Assembly: GCA_001724245.1 (NCBI GenBank)
Contig: MEDX01000006.1
Coordinates: forward strand, 45,075 to 65,074
Direction: 5' to 3'
Source of the DNA: Fonticula-like sp. SCN 57-25
Lineage: Eukaryota
Length of the DNA: 20,000 nucleotides
In this document: piece after piece, positions 18,927-20,000 of the stretch
Position numbering within the stretch: the first letter of the stretch is position 1
Layout of the letters: every line of letters begins with the position of its first letter
Program-made: the position numbers and the translations under genes
The notes under the pieces: model-generated
Told to the model about the DNA's origin: nothing
Database searches by the model: none
Seen by the model: the letters and a program-made list of their open reading frames with translations, nothing else

Positions 18927-20000
18927 TTACATGGGCAGGACAAAGCCCAAGCGGAAAAGCGAGCTCGTCCCCCGAACGGTGCCGCTCGACACCTCGTTCA
19001 AGAGATCCGCAAAGCGAAGCTTGTCGCCCTTGGCGCGGACCCTGGAAGCCACCTCTGCGGCGACGAGCGGCTTCCCGAGCACTTTGCTAATATCGCCGAT
19101 CATGGCGGCAAAGTCGTCGAGCGTCATCGCTGTCTTTTGCGGGTCCGACGCGTACATTCTAAAAATAAAAAACATTCGTACTGCAGCCATGCTGTGCAGG
19201 TGCGCCTCCGCGGCCCCAGCGTCGGCTGGCGCGGCGGCCAGCCACGGCCCGTGCGGCGAGCGAATGTCCATCGCGGCAATTGCGAGCTGGAAAGTGGCGC
19301 AGTCGATCGCACCGCGGCCACCGTTGTCGAGCGCCATGAACACGCGATGCCAGTACTGACCGTTGTCCAGCAACAGGTTCACCGGCTGCCGCGCCGCCCC
19401 CGCGCGCATGGCGTGCTGGCGCACAAATGCATGGAAACCCGCCTCGGACAGCTCGAACTGCGGCCCCGCTGACGCTGCACGCACGCTCGCGGCAAACATC
19501 TCGGCCGTCTCCTGCTCCCACATGGGCGGAAAGTTGTTGGCCGCCATGTCGCGCCCGAGCCCCGTTGCAATGTACTCGATGACCTTGGCTTGCGCCGGGT
19601 CCGCCACGCTAATGTGCGAGAAGGGGTGCATGTGTACGCGCCCCTCGACCGGCGAGAGGTGCGGCTGCAGCGGCGGCGTGGCGGCGGCCGCCGGCGGCTG
19701 CAGCACCTTTGGCCGGATGGCGAGCTTCTTGCCCGACCCGGGGACATGCGGCGACTGCAGAGAGACCGACAGGATCGCGCCGCTGTTGCCCTGCTGGCCG
19801 CAGTAGTTGACCGCCGAAAAGACAGTGACGAGCTGGCCGAGCGCAAAGGACGTGTAGCCAGACTGCATCACCTGGTGCGCGCGAAGAATGTGCGAGAGGC
19901 CGTTGCGATCGCAGAAGCGCCGAACGACATCAGGGCCAAACGTCACCATGTTGGAGCCGCGAGGCGACTCGTGAATGCCCTCCATGTGCTCGTTCTCCGT
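18927..20000 (-). CDS. PPP-family Ser/Thr protein phosphatase (3' part, truncated by the window edge) with C-terminal EF-hand-like domain
   Basis: SPRGSNMVTFGPDVVRRFCDRNGLSHILRAHQVMQSGY...LVTVFSAVNYCGQQGNSGAIL gives the C-terminal PPP motifs (RG, RAH, SAxNYC). They are followed by helix-loop-helix segments VFMALDNGGRGAIDCATF and FIFRMYASDPQKTAMTLDDF. Confidence 0.88.
   Translation of the reverse strand, partial: TENEHMEGIHESPRGSNMVTFGPDVVRRFCDRNGLSHILRAHQVMQSGYTSFALGQLVTVFSAVNYCGQQGNSGAILSVSLQSPHVPGSGKKLAIRPKVLQPPAAAATPPLQPHLSPVEGRVHMHPFSHISVADPAQAKVIEYIATGLGRDMAANNFPPMWEQETAEMFAASVRAASAGPQFELSEAGFHAFVRQHAMRAGAARQPVNLLLDNGQYWHRVFMALDNGGRGAIDCATFQLAIAAMDIRSPHGPWLAAAPADAGAAEAHLHSMAAVRMFFIFRMYASDPQKTAMTLDDFAAMIGDISKVLGKPLVAAEVASRVRAKGDKLRFADLLNEVSSGTVRGTSSLFRLGFVLPM

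Overview
This is a compact, GC-rich eukaryotic genome segment, most likely from a unicellular opisthokont such as an early-diverging fungus or a holozoan or nucleariid protist (taxon is inference). It holds ten tightly packed protein-coding genes separated by about 75-300 bp. I reconstructed about 47 short GT-AG introns by hand (mostly 43-61 nt, donors mostly GTRCGY, branch points CTRAC/CTCAC). Gene order: macoilin-like protein with an inserted FN3 domain (+), NIT1 nitrilase (-), a large repeat-rich protein with two EPLIN/LIMD2-type LIM domains (-), TRAPP subunit TRS23/TRAPPC4 (+), SMCR8-like longin/DENN protein (-), exocyst SEC3/EXOC1 (-), an intronless orphan Cys-rich ~6-TM protein (+), CCDC43-like (-), DCAF4/WDR21-like WD40 (+), and the 3' part of a PPP-family Ser/Thr phosphatase with a C-terminal EF-hand-like module (-). 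I saw no RNA genes, mobile elements or CRISPR arrays. The most notable points are the unusual domain architectures (macoilin+FN3, phosphatase+EF module, 26/52-aa helical repeat+LIM), an identical 15-bp element just upstream of SMCR8 and SEC3, and three adjacent Rab-trafficking genes. All homology calls come from remembered family motifs, not database searches.
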